DNA of 64,000 nt from an uncultured Nitrososphaeraceae archaeon (GCA_963825865.1 CAWGVG010000021.1:160001-224000); one strand, 5' to 3'. Counted from the first letter of the stretch, positions 11,330 through 22,138 are shown. Program-made: numbers and translations. Notes: a model not told the origin generated them from the letters alone.

Positions 11330-11617
11330 ATGTCGATTCCTCAACCACAAGAACCAAGTGATGAAGACAAGAAGCGGGAAGCTGAAGCAGTGGCTATGCG
11401 GCAACGTGCTCTAATGGTTCTTTTAGAGCCTTCCGCACGTCAAAGGTTGATGAATGTTAGAATGGTCAAACCAGAACTGGCTACAGCAGTTGAAAATTAT
11501 TTAATAAATGCAGCTTCAACAGGAAAACTGAATAAATCACTGACGGATGAAGAATTGAAACAAATCTTACTTAGCATACAGCAACCAAAAAAAGATTTCA
11601 AAATAAACAGACGCTAA
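11330..11617 (+). CDS. PDCD5/TFAR19-like DNA-binding protein
   Basis: LEPSARQRLMNVRMVKPELATAVENYLI...DEELKQIL...KINRR; conserved position after S19e. Confidence 0.92.
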   Translation: MSIPQPQEPSDEDKKREAEAVAMRQRALMVLLEPSARQRLMNVRMVKPELATAVENYLINAASTGKLNKSLTDEELKQILLSIQQPKKDFKINRR

Positions 11618-11623
11618 CTAAAA

Positions 11624-11798
11624 TTAATGTAGTTATGGACTTGCTTTAATAGCAGTTTTCTGATATTGATACCAACAACCGATGTCACAGAAAATCAAAA
11701 TCAAAATCAATCAAATTTCTGGGTATAATTCAAACGAATATTATAGGAATTTCATCAATTCATGTAAATCTGAAGCCACAAGCGTGATTATCGCAAGG
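11624..11798 (+). repeat. left terminal inverted repeat
   Basis: TTAATGTAGTTATGGAC...GATTATCGCAAGG. Confidence 0.95.
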
Positions 11799-12268
11799 GC
11801 TTAGGCTATTTCATGGACTATATGAGCATTGAACCTGAAAAAGAAGATTATGCCAAGTTGATTGAAGGTAGAGATGTCAGGATTATTCAATCCGACATAA
11901 TCAATTGGATCACACATATGAAAGACACAGCAGGATTATCTCCTGCTTCAATCAAGCTTTACACTGCTGGCGTATATCATTTTTACAAAATGAATGATAT
12001 AGTGCTAAACAAAGATAAAGTCAATGCCTTCAAGCCTGAATTTCACAACGTTGTTGAAGACCAGCCATATACAAGGCAACAGATCAAGACAATGTTGGAT
12101 AAAGCAGAACCTAGAAATCGTGCTATAATTCTGTTACTAAGTTCATCAGGTATGCGTGTTGGTGCATTACCGAATTTAAAGGTAGGTGACTTGACGTCTA
12201 TAGACAAATACAACATATATCAGATACAAGTCTACAAACGTTCAAAATCCAAGTATATCACATATTAG
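11682..12268 (+). pseudogene. tyrosine recombinase N-terminal half, truncated
   Basis: MSQKIKI...YRNFINSCKSEAT / KRDYRKGLGYFMDY...LSPASIKLY...RNRAIILLLSSSGMRVGAL; ends before the HxxR and Tyr motifs. Confidence 0.85.
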
Positions 12269-12269
12269 T

Positions 12270-12685
12270 ATGGAGCAACAGATTCGAGAAATTCTTAGTT
12301 CAATTCAACGGTCCATCTGCATCCTTCCGTATTAACGAACCCATTGTAAGACACAACGATCCAAGTTCGCTCAAAGACATTCTTGAGCAATTTATGCTAG
12401 GCATTAGTGTTCCAAATCTCAAATCCGTTGAAGATATCAGATGCGACAAGTATGTTATGAATGGCAATGATGAAACATGTAGCACTGGTTTTTACTAGGA
12501 CTGTGAGTTATCTTGATACAAATAAAATCGTCACATTGATGGTAATTTCAGAGCATGAGGGAGTTATGTATTATTTTACATATGAAGCACTTCCAGACAA
12601 TTTTGATGCTATACTGCCAACCGTAGAAAAAATGATTAACTCTTTTAAAATATTGGCAAATACGACTCAGACTCTGTCCTCATAA
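12270..12685 (+). pseudogene. PsbP-like domain protein fragment
   Basis: YYFTYEALPDNFDAILPTVEKMINSFKI C-terminal motif. Confidence 0.6.
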
Positions 12686-13214
12686 CGTCGTCGCTATCCA
12701 ACTCAAGAAGACTTTGAATACCGTTTGGAGAAATAGAGATGGATTATAAAATATGTAATTGGCACTGATTGAGGATTAATTCTCCAAGTTAAAGACAGAT
12801 GATCAGAAATACGACAGAATAAAAGGCATGATAACAGGATAGAAACTAAAACAGACCCACCTTTTAAAATCTGTGATCCCTGTGTTTATGGTGAATATAA
12901 GAGGCTTGAAAGACTATATTAGAAGACCTTATAGACCAGAAAAAGGTATGGTAAACCCTACCGATGGCAATATCTATGAATACGGGTAGGAAGAGTTGAC
13001 GAACAAATAGGCAAACGCTTAGGAATATCGTATGAAACTTAAATTATCCATCATGTTTGTTCATTTGAAAAACGTACGGCATTACAACCGTTCAATTTTG
13101 GAAAGTTTTACAGACCTATGATTAAGATGCTTTTCAAGTATAGGTTATAACTTACGTTATGTTTTGTTAGCTGAAGTAACGCCTCGCCATTACAGGCCTT
13201 TTGAGTTCAAATGT

Positions 13215-13292
13215 GCTATTTGACGGATTTGACGGCGTATTTGACGCGCTATTTGACCGCTCATTGACACATTTGACGCGCTATTTGACGGA
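13215..13292. repeat. array of seven (T)TTGAC units
   Basis: TTGAC at 13220, 13229, 13241, 13253, 13264, 13273 and 13285; TTTGACGCGCTATTTGAC occurs twice. Confidence 0.85.
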
Positions 13293-13393
13293 CATATGAT
13301 AAATATATAAACTGATGTCACTATTTCTTAAGTAAGTAAATAAGAATATGCCTGAGCGATTCCAGAAACTATAAAATCACGAGTTATAATACA

Positions 13394-14619
13394 ATGGCTC
13401 CAAGGCCTTATTAGTAAGGTATGAAAAAATCAGAGAACTATCTTGCACTGGTTTGCTTAGCTTGTTGTATTATTGTCTATAGGAGGATAATTTTGGGATA
13501 GGCTCTTCCCTGTCTTTTCTTATATGTTGAAAAATTCTATGGAGCTTAATCCAATATGACCCTACTATATTTTCGTTCTGTGATATGATATGTAGACATA
13601 TGGATTATATTGTTCAGACTGGATGCTGGTAATAGCTCTAATACTTGCCATAGTAACACTTGCAGGTTTTATTTCTCCAGCAATCCTTTTAGGACTAATT
13701 TTTCTACTTGGGCTAGAGAGCAATAAGTACGCCTGCATTTTCTCCATTTTTGCTTGGAACAGTTCCTCGTAGCGAGATTAGAAGTGCTATAACATTAAAT
13801 GGTGTAGCATTAAACATTGGTCGAGGAATAGGACCTGCAATTGGTGGTATTATAGTATAGCGATATAGGACCTGCGAGCAGTCTTTCTAATCAACTCCTT
13901 GTCATTTACTGGAATTGTAATAGTTCTTCTGCGGTACTAAGAACATGAACAGCACAGGGCAGCAAACAGACAGAAGAAATTAGTCGCCTTCCTGCAGAAA
14001 GAATGTTTGGTGCTATTCGGGGCTGGCTTGAGATATGTCAGAAATAGCCCTTCAATAAATAGTGTATTTGTTAGATATACTGCTTTTGCAGTATCATCAA
14101 ATGCACTTCCAGCATTACTTCCATCATTATCGCGTTTTGCATTAAGATTAGACTCTACTGGCTATGGAATTTTGTTTGGTCTTTTTGGTGTGGGGGCAAT
14201 CATAGGTGGAATTAAAATGTAACCAAGAGCAATTAAGAAAACATCTCCTGATAATTTGGTAGTTATTGCAAAAGCTTATTTTCTCAGTTTCATACATCAT
14301 ACTTGGATTGATACATAATCTAGTTGTATTATATGCTCAAATGGTACATAGCTGGAATTGCACAGCTTATGGCATTTTCTACGTTGGTACTTATGTTCTA
14401 TATCGTGGTTTGCCAAACTGGGTGATGTCCCGAGTTGCTTCTGTATATCAGTCGAGTTTTGCAAGTACCATAGTGGGTGGAACTTACTTTGGGTGTAAAA
14501 CTGCTGACAAATTAGGAATTAGGATTACGTTACTAATAACAGGTATTGCAATAGTATCAGCAGGATTAATCACAAAGTTAAAGTTCCCTCTCCTGCATGT
14601 AGAGGGAGAAGTCTCTTAA
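13394..14619 (+). pseudogene. decayed MFS transporter (MFS_3/DUF894-like)
   Basis: Fragments NIGRGIGPAIGGI, GLRYVRNSP, ALPALLPSLSRF, GYGILFGLFGVGAIIG, LPNWVMSRVASVY; many stops and frameshifts. Confidence 0.7.
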
Positions 14620-14967
14620 GACATTTAGTAATACTGTCTAAGACTTTATCTGTCTTCTATGGGTGCTATTTAAAGAACCAAAACGTTAGGCTGACTGAGT
14701 TAGGCAGAAAAAATTGTGATAAAGGAATATCTATTCCACCATCAACTCATCAGGCACGTTAACCTATGATAAGACTGACTAGTGAATAATCGGACCAACT
14801 ACCATGGATGGATGGATGATAATGCGGGCAATTGCAGATTTGGACATCTTGACCAAATTAAACAGATAAACAAACATGGATTTAATTTTTGAATTACAAA
14901 CAGATCGTTACTGATGATCAGAAACACTATGTCCGAAAAATAGATAAATGGAATTCTTCCTTGTTAA

Positions 14968-15416
14968 CTAATTTATCAAAGGATCAATGCTATACCTGGT
15001 TTTGATGTCCGATCCTTTTCTAGTTACATGCAATCACGAAGTAACCTTTTTCTATCCACTTTAGCATTTCTGCCGCTTACAGTTTCAGATGAAGTCCATT
15101 CCATCTCCTCTTCAGTCGCAGACTTAGAACTTCTAAGCTCATGCACACAAAACTTGTATCTGTTAACTGGTTTGTCTGGTTGGCTTTCATATGTAACTAT
15201 CTCTTCGGTGGTTTTTTTGGGACAAATTGCAGTAACTTATGATCTCCATCTTTGAACTTGATGAATTTCGTGTTCCTTGAAGATGCTTTCTGGTCTCCAA
15301 TTGTAACCTCATATCTGCTGCCTTACGTTTGGTTTCCTCACTTAGGACTTGTTTGCCTGTATTCTTTGTACTTGTTTTTTATTTACATTTACACTTGCAG
15401 TTTGATTTGCTGACAT
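14968..15416 (-). pseudogene. virus/plasmid-like protein, possibly a phage-type ssDNA-binding OB fold; frameshifted
   Basis: Across frames: MSANQT...KFIKFKDGDHKLLQFVP...PVNRYKFCVHE...EMEWTSSETV...HVTRKGSDIKTRYSIDPL*. Confidence 0.4.
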
Positions 15417-15550
15417 TTTACTATCAAGCAAGCATACAACGTTTACCAATATGGCTTTTTTCATCTTACATTGTTATCTAGATCATCATACTCTGTTGAT
15501 TCTTTACATACTCTATATGGCTTGAATTCTTTGCATTTACATTCAAACAA

Positions 15551-15721
15551 CCTTGCGATAATCACGCTTGTGGCTTCAGATTTACATGAATTGATGAAAT
15601 TCCTATAATATTCGTTTGAATTATACCCAGAAATTTGATTGATTTTGATTTTGATTTTCTGTGACATCGGTTGTTGGTATCAGTATCAGAAAACTGCTAT
15701 TAAAGTCCATAACTACATTAA
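15551..15721 (-). repeat. right terminal inverted repeat (second copy of the integrase 5' end)
   Basis: Encodes MSQKIKIKINQISGYNSNEYYRNFINSCKSEATSVIIAR, as in the left copy; fused to a CKCKEF Zn-finger tail. Confidence 0.95.
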
Positions 15722-15865
15722 CTAAAATAGTTGTTTTATATATAATTTTTTGCACATATATATATATATATATGCTATCTCAGCTAACTTGACAAGGCAT
15801 ATCTCGTTAAAATTAGCGATTTGGGTTTAGTTAACTATATTAAGTCTTGACATCGTTTCAATTTT

Positions 15866-16916
15866 ATGAAGGCAGCCGTATTTCGGGAATATAATAAAGA
15901 TCCTACAAAAGTTGTGAAGATTGAAGATATTGACATGCCAAAATTGAAACCTAACGAAGTTATGATGAAGGTAGAATCAGCATCATACAATTATAATGAC
16001 CTTTGGGCTATTTGGGGAGACCCGCTTAAAGTTCCAATACCACATATTTCTGGCAGCGATGTGGCAGGTACCTATAGTAGAGGCTGGCGAAGATGTTACA
16101 AAATTCAAGGTCGGAGACAGGGTTGTCTCACATTCTAACTTAAGCTGCAGAGTTTGTAATATGTGTACATCTGGGAGAGAGTATGACTGCAATGATAGAT
16201 TAGTCTGGGGATTCCAGACGGGTCCACTGTGGGGCGGTTTTGTTCAATATACACATCTACCAGAAGTAAACGTTGCCAAAATACCGGACAATATATCATT
16301 TGATGACGCAGCCGCAATCTCAATGGTTGGAATGACTGCATGGCACATGTTAGTAGGCAGAGCCAAGATAAAGCCTGGTCAAACAGTCCTGATCATGGGT
16401 GGGACCAGTGGAGTAGGCATGGCAGGAATTCAGATTGCAAAATTATACAACTGCACCGTCATTGCTACTGCAGGTAATAAAGAAAAAATGGACAAATGTT
16501 CAGAGATAGGCGCAGACTATGTAGTTAACCACAGAGAAGCAGATTGGCATAAGAAGGTAAGAGAGATTACAAAGAAACAGGGCGTAGATGTTATCTTTGA
16601 ACATATCGGCAAAGCAGCATTTGCACAAGAAGTTGCCCTTTTGAAGATGGCTGGAACTCTTGTAGCGACAGGTGCAACTACTGGTTACGATTCAACTATT
16701 GACTTGAGATATCTCTTCTTCAAAGGAACAAACTTGCTCGGCTCCACTCAGGGAACTAAAGCTGAACTAGAAGAGGTAATTTATTGGACGGGCAAGGGCA
16801 AGATAAAGCCCATTATTCATACAATTCTACCCTTTAGTGACATGGTAAAAGGCCATATAATGATGGCTAATGCTGAACAGATTGGAAAAATTCTAACTAC
16901 ACCACAGAAACTCTAA
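15866..16916 (+). CDS. zinc-binding MDR-family oxidoreductase; one frameshift near 16070
   Basis: MKAAVF...PHISGSDVAG, KVGDRV, CRVCNMC...C, GGTSGVG, GVDVIFEHIG. Confidence 0.9.
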
Positions 16917-16952
16917 TCTTCATCCTCCTTCTCTTGTCTTTCATACATACAG

Positions 16953-17873
16953 ATGATGTTCAGAAGTCTGATATTTGTTCCTAGCAACATCAAGCGTTTT
17001 ATTAATAAAGTTAAGGTAGTAAATGCGGATATTATATGCTTTGATCTAGAAGATTCTGTCCCTGTAAATGAAAAAGCTGTCGCGAGGCAGACGATCATGG
17101 AGGCGCTGACACAAAGGACGGAATATAAATCAAATGTCTATATCAGGATAAATTCCTTTGAATCTGGTCTAGCACTTCTAGACCTAAACGCAATAATTCG
17201 CAAGGGAATTGATGGAATTGTCATACCAAAGGTAAATGACGAAATGGAATTTTCCAATCTAGTAGATCTTATTTCTACTCTTGAGCAGAAGAGGGGAATT
17301 GAAAAGAACAGTATCAAATTGATGCCATCTATTGAAACTGCAAAAGGTGTGGTTAATGCTTATTCCATAGCAAAGACAGTTCAAAGAGTAAATGCGTTAG
17401 TTTTTGGAGTTTTTGATTTCCTTTATGATATGCGTCTTGATTATGATGAAAATGATGGAATTGAATATGCATATGCTCGCGCCAAAGTCTCTGTTGATGC
17501 AAGAGCTGCAGGAGTTGCCGCTATTGACGGCATCTGGCAAAAAGTCGACGATATTGATGGGTTAAGAAAAGATGCTATAATTGCAAAGCGATTAGGATAT
17601 TCAGGAAAGAGTATAATTCATCCTAATCATATAGAAACAGTTCACAAAATTTTTGTCCCAAACAGAAAAGAAATTGAATGGGCAAAGAAAGTATTGGAAG
17701 CGCTGGGTGAAGCAATGGAAAAAGGAGCCAACAGAGGTACAGTTAAGCTTGAAGGAAAAATGATTGATGCTGTACATTACAAACAGGCAAAGGCAATTTT
17801 GGATGCTATAAATAATAATAAAAATAAAAATAATAATAAAAATAAAAATTTGAATTTAGAAAATCCAAAATAA
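16953..17873 (+). CDS. CitE/HpcH-family CoA-ester lyase
   Basis: RSLIFVP, FDLEDSV, IRIN, VIPKV, IETAKG, GYSGKSIIHP, GKMID. Confidence 0.92.
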   Translation: MMFRSLIFVPSNIKRFINKVKVVNADIICFDLEDSVPVNEKAVARQTIMEALTQRTEYKSNVYIRINSFESGLALLDLNAIIRKGIDGIVIPKVNDEMEFSNLVDLISTLEQKRGIEKNSIKLMPSIETAKGVVNAYSIAKTVQRVNALVFGVFDFLYDMRLDYDENDGIEYAYARAKVSVDARAAGVAAIDGIWQKVDDIDGLRKDAIIAKRLGYSGKSIIHPNHIETVHKIFVPNRKEIEWAKKVLEALGEAMEKGANRGTVKLEGKMIDAVHYKQAKAILDAINNNKNKNNNKNKNLNLENPK

Positions 17874-17884
17874 CGTCATAAAGA

Positions 17885-19118
17885 TTGTCGGGAAGGAAAC
17901 CCACATTTCTTTAGAAGTGGGAGGAATTCCCGACTATGATAAAAGCTAAATACTGGGTTATTGATAGATATTTCCAATATTCTTGCTTCAATCCCTAACG
18001 ATCAGGCTTGAAACTTCAGAAGAAGATAAAATCACTTTGCTAGAGACTATGAGAAAATACAATGAAGCATGCAATTTTGTTGCTGAAAAAGCATTTTTCT
18101 TAAAGTTAACTAACAAATACAAACTGCATAAGGAAGTATATAGAGAGATAAGAGAGAAGTTTAACCAAAGTTCTCAGTTCGCTGTTAGGATAATAGGGAA
18201 GGTTGTAGAGGCATACAAAAGAGATAAAACAACCAAGCCCAAGTTTAGAGAACTTGGAGCAATCCAATACGATCAGCGCAATTCCAAAATAGGAATTGAC
18301 AAAGTATCAATAATGACATTAAACGGAAGGATCAAACTTGCAACCAGGATAGGCGAAGTACCAGAAATCAAGGTTTGACAGGGTAAAAGGGCAATCTGAT
18401 TTAATTTATAGAAATGGAATTTTCTACCTAATTGTAGTTGTTGATGCATCTGAGAAATCAAATGAATACGATCCAGTAGGTGCTTTAGGCGTTGATCTAG
18501 GAATTGAGAATATAGCAGTAGATTCAGATCGGCAGGTATTTGAAAGCAAGAAAGTTGAGAAATCAAGGAAAAGGTACTCTGGATTACGAAAGGAATTGCA
18601 GAAGGTAGGGACTAAATCAGCAAAGAGAAAGTTAAAGAAATTATCAGGTAAGGAACGAAGATTCAAGAAGGATGCTAACCACGTTATATCAAAGGCCATT
18701 GTCTCAAAGGCTAAAGGCACAGCTAGGGCTATAGGGATGGAAGACTTGACAAATATATGCACAAGCTCTAGGGCAACTGTTAACTTCAAAGGTAGCAAAA
18801 GAGACAGGCATTCAAAATGGAGCTTTGGAGAATTGAGGAACTTTGTAACGTACAAGGCAAAGAATGAAGGTGTCCCATTGAAGATTGTAAGTTCTAAGAA
18901 CACTTCAAGGCAATGCCCTGAATGCGAATACATAGATCAGAGAAACAGAAAATCAAGGAATGAATTTGAATGCCTTCAATGTGGCTATAATGAAATGGCG
19001 GACTATGTTGCAGCAAAGAATATTGCTGCCAAGGCTAGGGCTGCAGTCAATCAGCCTATTGTAGCACCTCTTTTTTCGGTAGTTACAAGCCCACATACTT
19101 TAGTGGTGGGTAGTTGAC
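17885..19118 (+). mobile_element. IS200/IS605-family TnpB-only (IS1341-like) element
   Basis: Left hairpin GTCGGGAA..CCCAC..TTTAG..GTGGG..TTCCCGAC (17887-17934); right hairpin CCCAC..TTTAG..GTGGG followed by TAGTTGAC; no tnpA. Confidence 0.85.
17983..19117 (+). CDS. tnpB: TnpB RNA-guided nuclease (frameshifted near 18360-18430)
   Basis: RuvC-I GVDLG, RuvC-II IGMEDL, Zn finger CPEC/CLQCG, RuvC-III ADYVAAKNI. Confidence 0.9.
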
Positions 19119-19238
19119 ATAAAATTATAGGATACAATATACCCAGCCCTCTAGTGCAATGTAATTTTATACTTGCTTGTTTATTTTAAATTGTTGATTA
19201 ATTAATTGATTAATCGGTATCTAATACTGGTTTATTAG

Positions 19239-19850
19239 ATGGATGATGACATTATTTTTCATATATCTATGAAAAAAGATGCACCTTCTTTTTATCATCA
19301 TCAAACAACGGATACCTCTTCTTCTTCTTCCATTACTGCTGATTATAAATCGATTGAAAGTAATTCAGAACTGTTATTTGATCGAAAGGTTGATCAAGCT
19401 ACGGCAGGCTTAGATTCACACTATCGTGAGAGCCTAAAAAACAAAGTATCAAAGGAAAATGCTCTTGCAATATCAAATTTCGTCCTTGCAATGAAGTCTG
19501 AAATCAATCTTTCAGATCATTATAGAAGGCTAATTATTACAGTGCTATGCAAATTCTCTTGCTTCCACAACAACAATCAGAAACCCTTTAGTGAAATATC
19601 TAGAGACGATGTACTATCTTATCTGGACAGCCTTCGCAAACCAGAAGTGATAGATCCGTTGCATAAATGGTTAGGCACGTACAACCTTTACAGAATGTTA
19701 TTAATGAGATTTTTCAGATGGTTTTATTACCAAGATATAGAGCCAAACAAAAGACCAAAACCGAAGGCAGTTGAAAACATCGCCCAATTGAAAAGGAAAG
19801 AGCAGTCAATATACAAACCTACTGACTTATGGAGCAAAGAAGATGACATC
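19239..19850 (+). pseudogene. integrase N-terminal (SAM-like) fragment
   Basis: SKENALAISNF...EINLSDHYR...DDVLSYLDSLRKPE..DPLHKWLGTYN...FFRWFY...KRKEQSIYKPTDLW; catalytic domain absent. Confidence 0.75.
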
Positions 19851-20081
19851 TTCGTCATGAATATATCTAGGTGTAGCCGCCATAATCAGACAATCATATT
19901 TTTTAATTTCTTCTTCAATGTCCTCTAATAAATTTGACGGTGACTGCGTATATTTTCCTACTGTCCCTCCGGTAGAAAATCCTTTTGATTGCGCTAAATT
20001 TATAACATTTTCTACAAAAGGTTTATCCTCTTCTCTCGAACTACAACTTAAGAAAGCTTTTATATTTTGATCGTCTGCCAT
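19847..20081 (-). pseudogene. TIR-like/DUF4062-like domain fragment, 3'-truncated
   Basis: KAFLSCSSREEDKPFV...LEDIEEEIKKYDCLIMAATPRY. Confidence 0.55.
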
Positions 20082-20806
20082 TAATTGCTTAACAGAATAT
20101 TATCAAATTATTGTATTTTTAGGTTACTTGTTGTTTATTTCAACTTTTACTATTTTATGATTCATAAGGACCATTTATTGCTAATTAGCTAACTATCAGA
20201 TTTTTGTAGTCAAATTTTTTAGCAATTCCTACGCCTGCATTCTATAACTATAGCGCTGTTACTACTGCTATCTTCGTCTTCTTTTCCGACGCATTGCAGG
20301 TTGTAGTTATATGCATCTTTGTTGAATGCCTCTCATTGTAATTCTTCTTGTACACGTTCATTCGTTTAATTGCTGATTGAAGCTTGTGACAGAAACCATT
20401 TTTGATTATATGTAGATTGGTCTGAACTAAGCTGACTCTGTGTTAGTTCAAGATGAGCCCTTTCATACTGCAAGTCTTTTATTCCATCCTTCGCATTGTG
20501 CATTTACTTGTGATGCTCTACTATCTAGAGCTATAAACACTAAAACTAACAATATTCCAACTATTGTGCTTGCTGTAGTCAAATACCCTAGCTGTTTTAA
20601 GCTGCCCTTTTTGATGTTATTTTAGCTGCAAAATTTTGTCAATAGCGTGTGTATACCATGCCACATAGAATTTCTTTGTTTATAAAATTTTTCATTGAAA
20701 TCAACTAAAATTCAGTTTGTTTTAGAACAATTTTAAATGACTTTATATAATATTATTCATCCTTCGCTTAAGAGTATCGATGTGGTGCATTTTGTTACCT
20801 TAAATA

Positions 20807-22138
20807 GTGGGCTGTGAATAATTAGCCCTGGAAGCATTTCACACACCTTGTAAGGTCGGGTCTCCCTGTTTCTACAGCTGTCTTTGTCACCAGTAACATC
20901 ACCATACTGATACACATTGAATGTAATGTAGCCCATTCTGTTCCTCTATGTTTTAACGAATCAAGGTTTAGCGAACCTTTTCCAATGGAGAATCCTTGTT
21001 CCGATAGTGTCCTTGCATCAAATTCCTTATCGAATTCTTCTGAGCCTGGGTCTACCCAGTAATTCTTGATAAAATTTCTGGCATAGAATCGATAACACAG
21101 TACCTTCCTTCTGGCCTTCTTCTCTTCTGGTGTGGAACCTTTAGATCTTCTTGTATTGAGCGGTATGAATGGTACTGCCTTCAGCCTTTTGACTATCTGT
21201 AGCCTAGTTTTATAGCCATCATATTCAGCATCTGCTAGGAATTTCCTGATTTTGATGAGAGGTAGATTCAGCAATACCATTTTGATAAACCATGAAACAG
21301 TTCTATTCTCTCCGTAACCTGCTTTTGTTATAGTAAGCATCACTGGAAGTCCAGAATCAGAATCAATCGCTACATGAACTTTGTATCCATAGACGTACTT
21401 TTCCCTGTGATGGTCCCATGTCCATGAAGCATCTCTATCTCTGCTCCTGTTACGCCTGCATTCCTTCTTATCGTGTCTAGGATTGTTACTCCATCTGCAG
21501 CCCTTGAACCAAGCCCATATTATAGAACAGTCAAGGCTTACCTTCTCTCCTTTGATTATACCGAGGTTTATCAGCTGAATTACTACCTGTATAAATATTT
21601 CCAGCATCTTCTCCTGTCCAAGCATTCCAGCAAACTTGTAAAAGGTACTCCTGTCAGGCACCTTGTACTTTGTCTCTCTATGTACCGTCTTATTCAAGTT
21701 AAGTGTTACGAGCCATTGATTATGAGCATTTAGAAAACGTATTAGATCCAGTATGCTCTCCATACTTTGTAGATACATCAGCAACAATGCCATGAATATA
21801 GAACTAGGACGATATCCCTTGGGTCCTGACCTTTCCTTCCTGCCAGGGTCTACTATCTTGTCCACAAACGCGAAATCTGTTTTTGCAAAAATCAGTTCTG
21901 AAGGAAATGAATCCTCTCTTACTGGTTTAGGTTGTTGTTTCCTATGCTTGCCGTCTTTATCTGCCTGTTGTTTGTATCTGCTATTCCCACAGGAGCCATT
22001 ATCATCATGGATAAGAGCTCTATCACAGCCATTGCTTCGGATCTATTATCACCAAAATCAATCCTTTGGGACGGTTCATAGCTTTACCGAATGAATCTGA
22101 TTGACAAAACGGTAAGATGCTAATTATTCACAGCCCTC
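20807..22138 (-). mobile_element. IS element (IS5/IS1182-like DDE) with 20-bp IRs and 6-bp TSD TAAATA
   Basis: GTGGGCTGTGAATAATTAGC (20807-20826) and GCTAATTATTCACAGCCCTC (22119-22138); TAAATA at 20801-20806 and 22139-22144. Confidence 0.9.
20822..21865 (-). CDS. DDE transposase
   Basis: GPKGY, VPDRSTF, SLDCS, DRDASW, YGYKVH, LADAEYD, RTLSEQGFS. Confidence 0.9.
   Translation of the reverse strand: MDKIVDPGRKERSGPKGYRPSSIFMALLLMYLQSMESILDLIRFLNAHNQWLVTLNLNKTVHRETKYKVPDRSTFYKFAGMLGQEKMLEIFIQVVIQLINLGIIKGEKVSLDCSIIWAWFKGCRWSNNPRHDKKECRRNRSRDRDASWTWDHHREKYVYGYKVHVAIDSDSGLPVMLTITKAGYGENRTVSWFIKMVLLNLPLIKIRKFLADAEYDGYKTRLQIVKRLKAVPFIPLNTRRSKGSTPEEKKARRKVLCYRFYARNFIKNYWVDPGSEEFDKEFDARTLSEQGFSIGKGSLNLDSLKHRGTEWATLHSMCISMVMLLVTKTAVETGRPDLTRCVKCFQG

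Larger units (their letters stand above)
11615..15728. mobile_element. 4.1-kb element with ~175-bp terminal inverted repeats containing the integrase 5' end, flanked by 10-bp direct repeats TAACTAAAAT
   Basis: 11624-11798 is the reverse complement of 15551-15721 (one 4-bp indel, one substitution); TAACTAAAAT at 11615-11624 and 15719-15728. Confidence 0.85.

Noticed and set aside
13215-13292. CRISPR array
   Set aside because: Units are 9-12 bp with no unique spacers and no cas genes.
11682-19850. SSV-type split integrases (intN/intC)
   Set aside because: No matching C-terminal halves and no direct repeat at the truncation points were found in the window.
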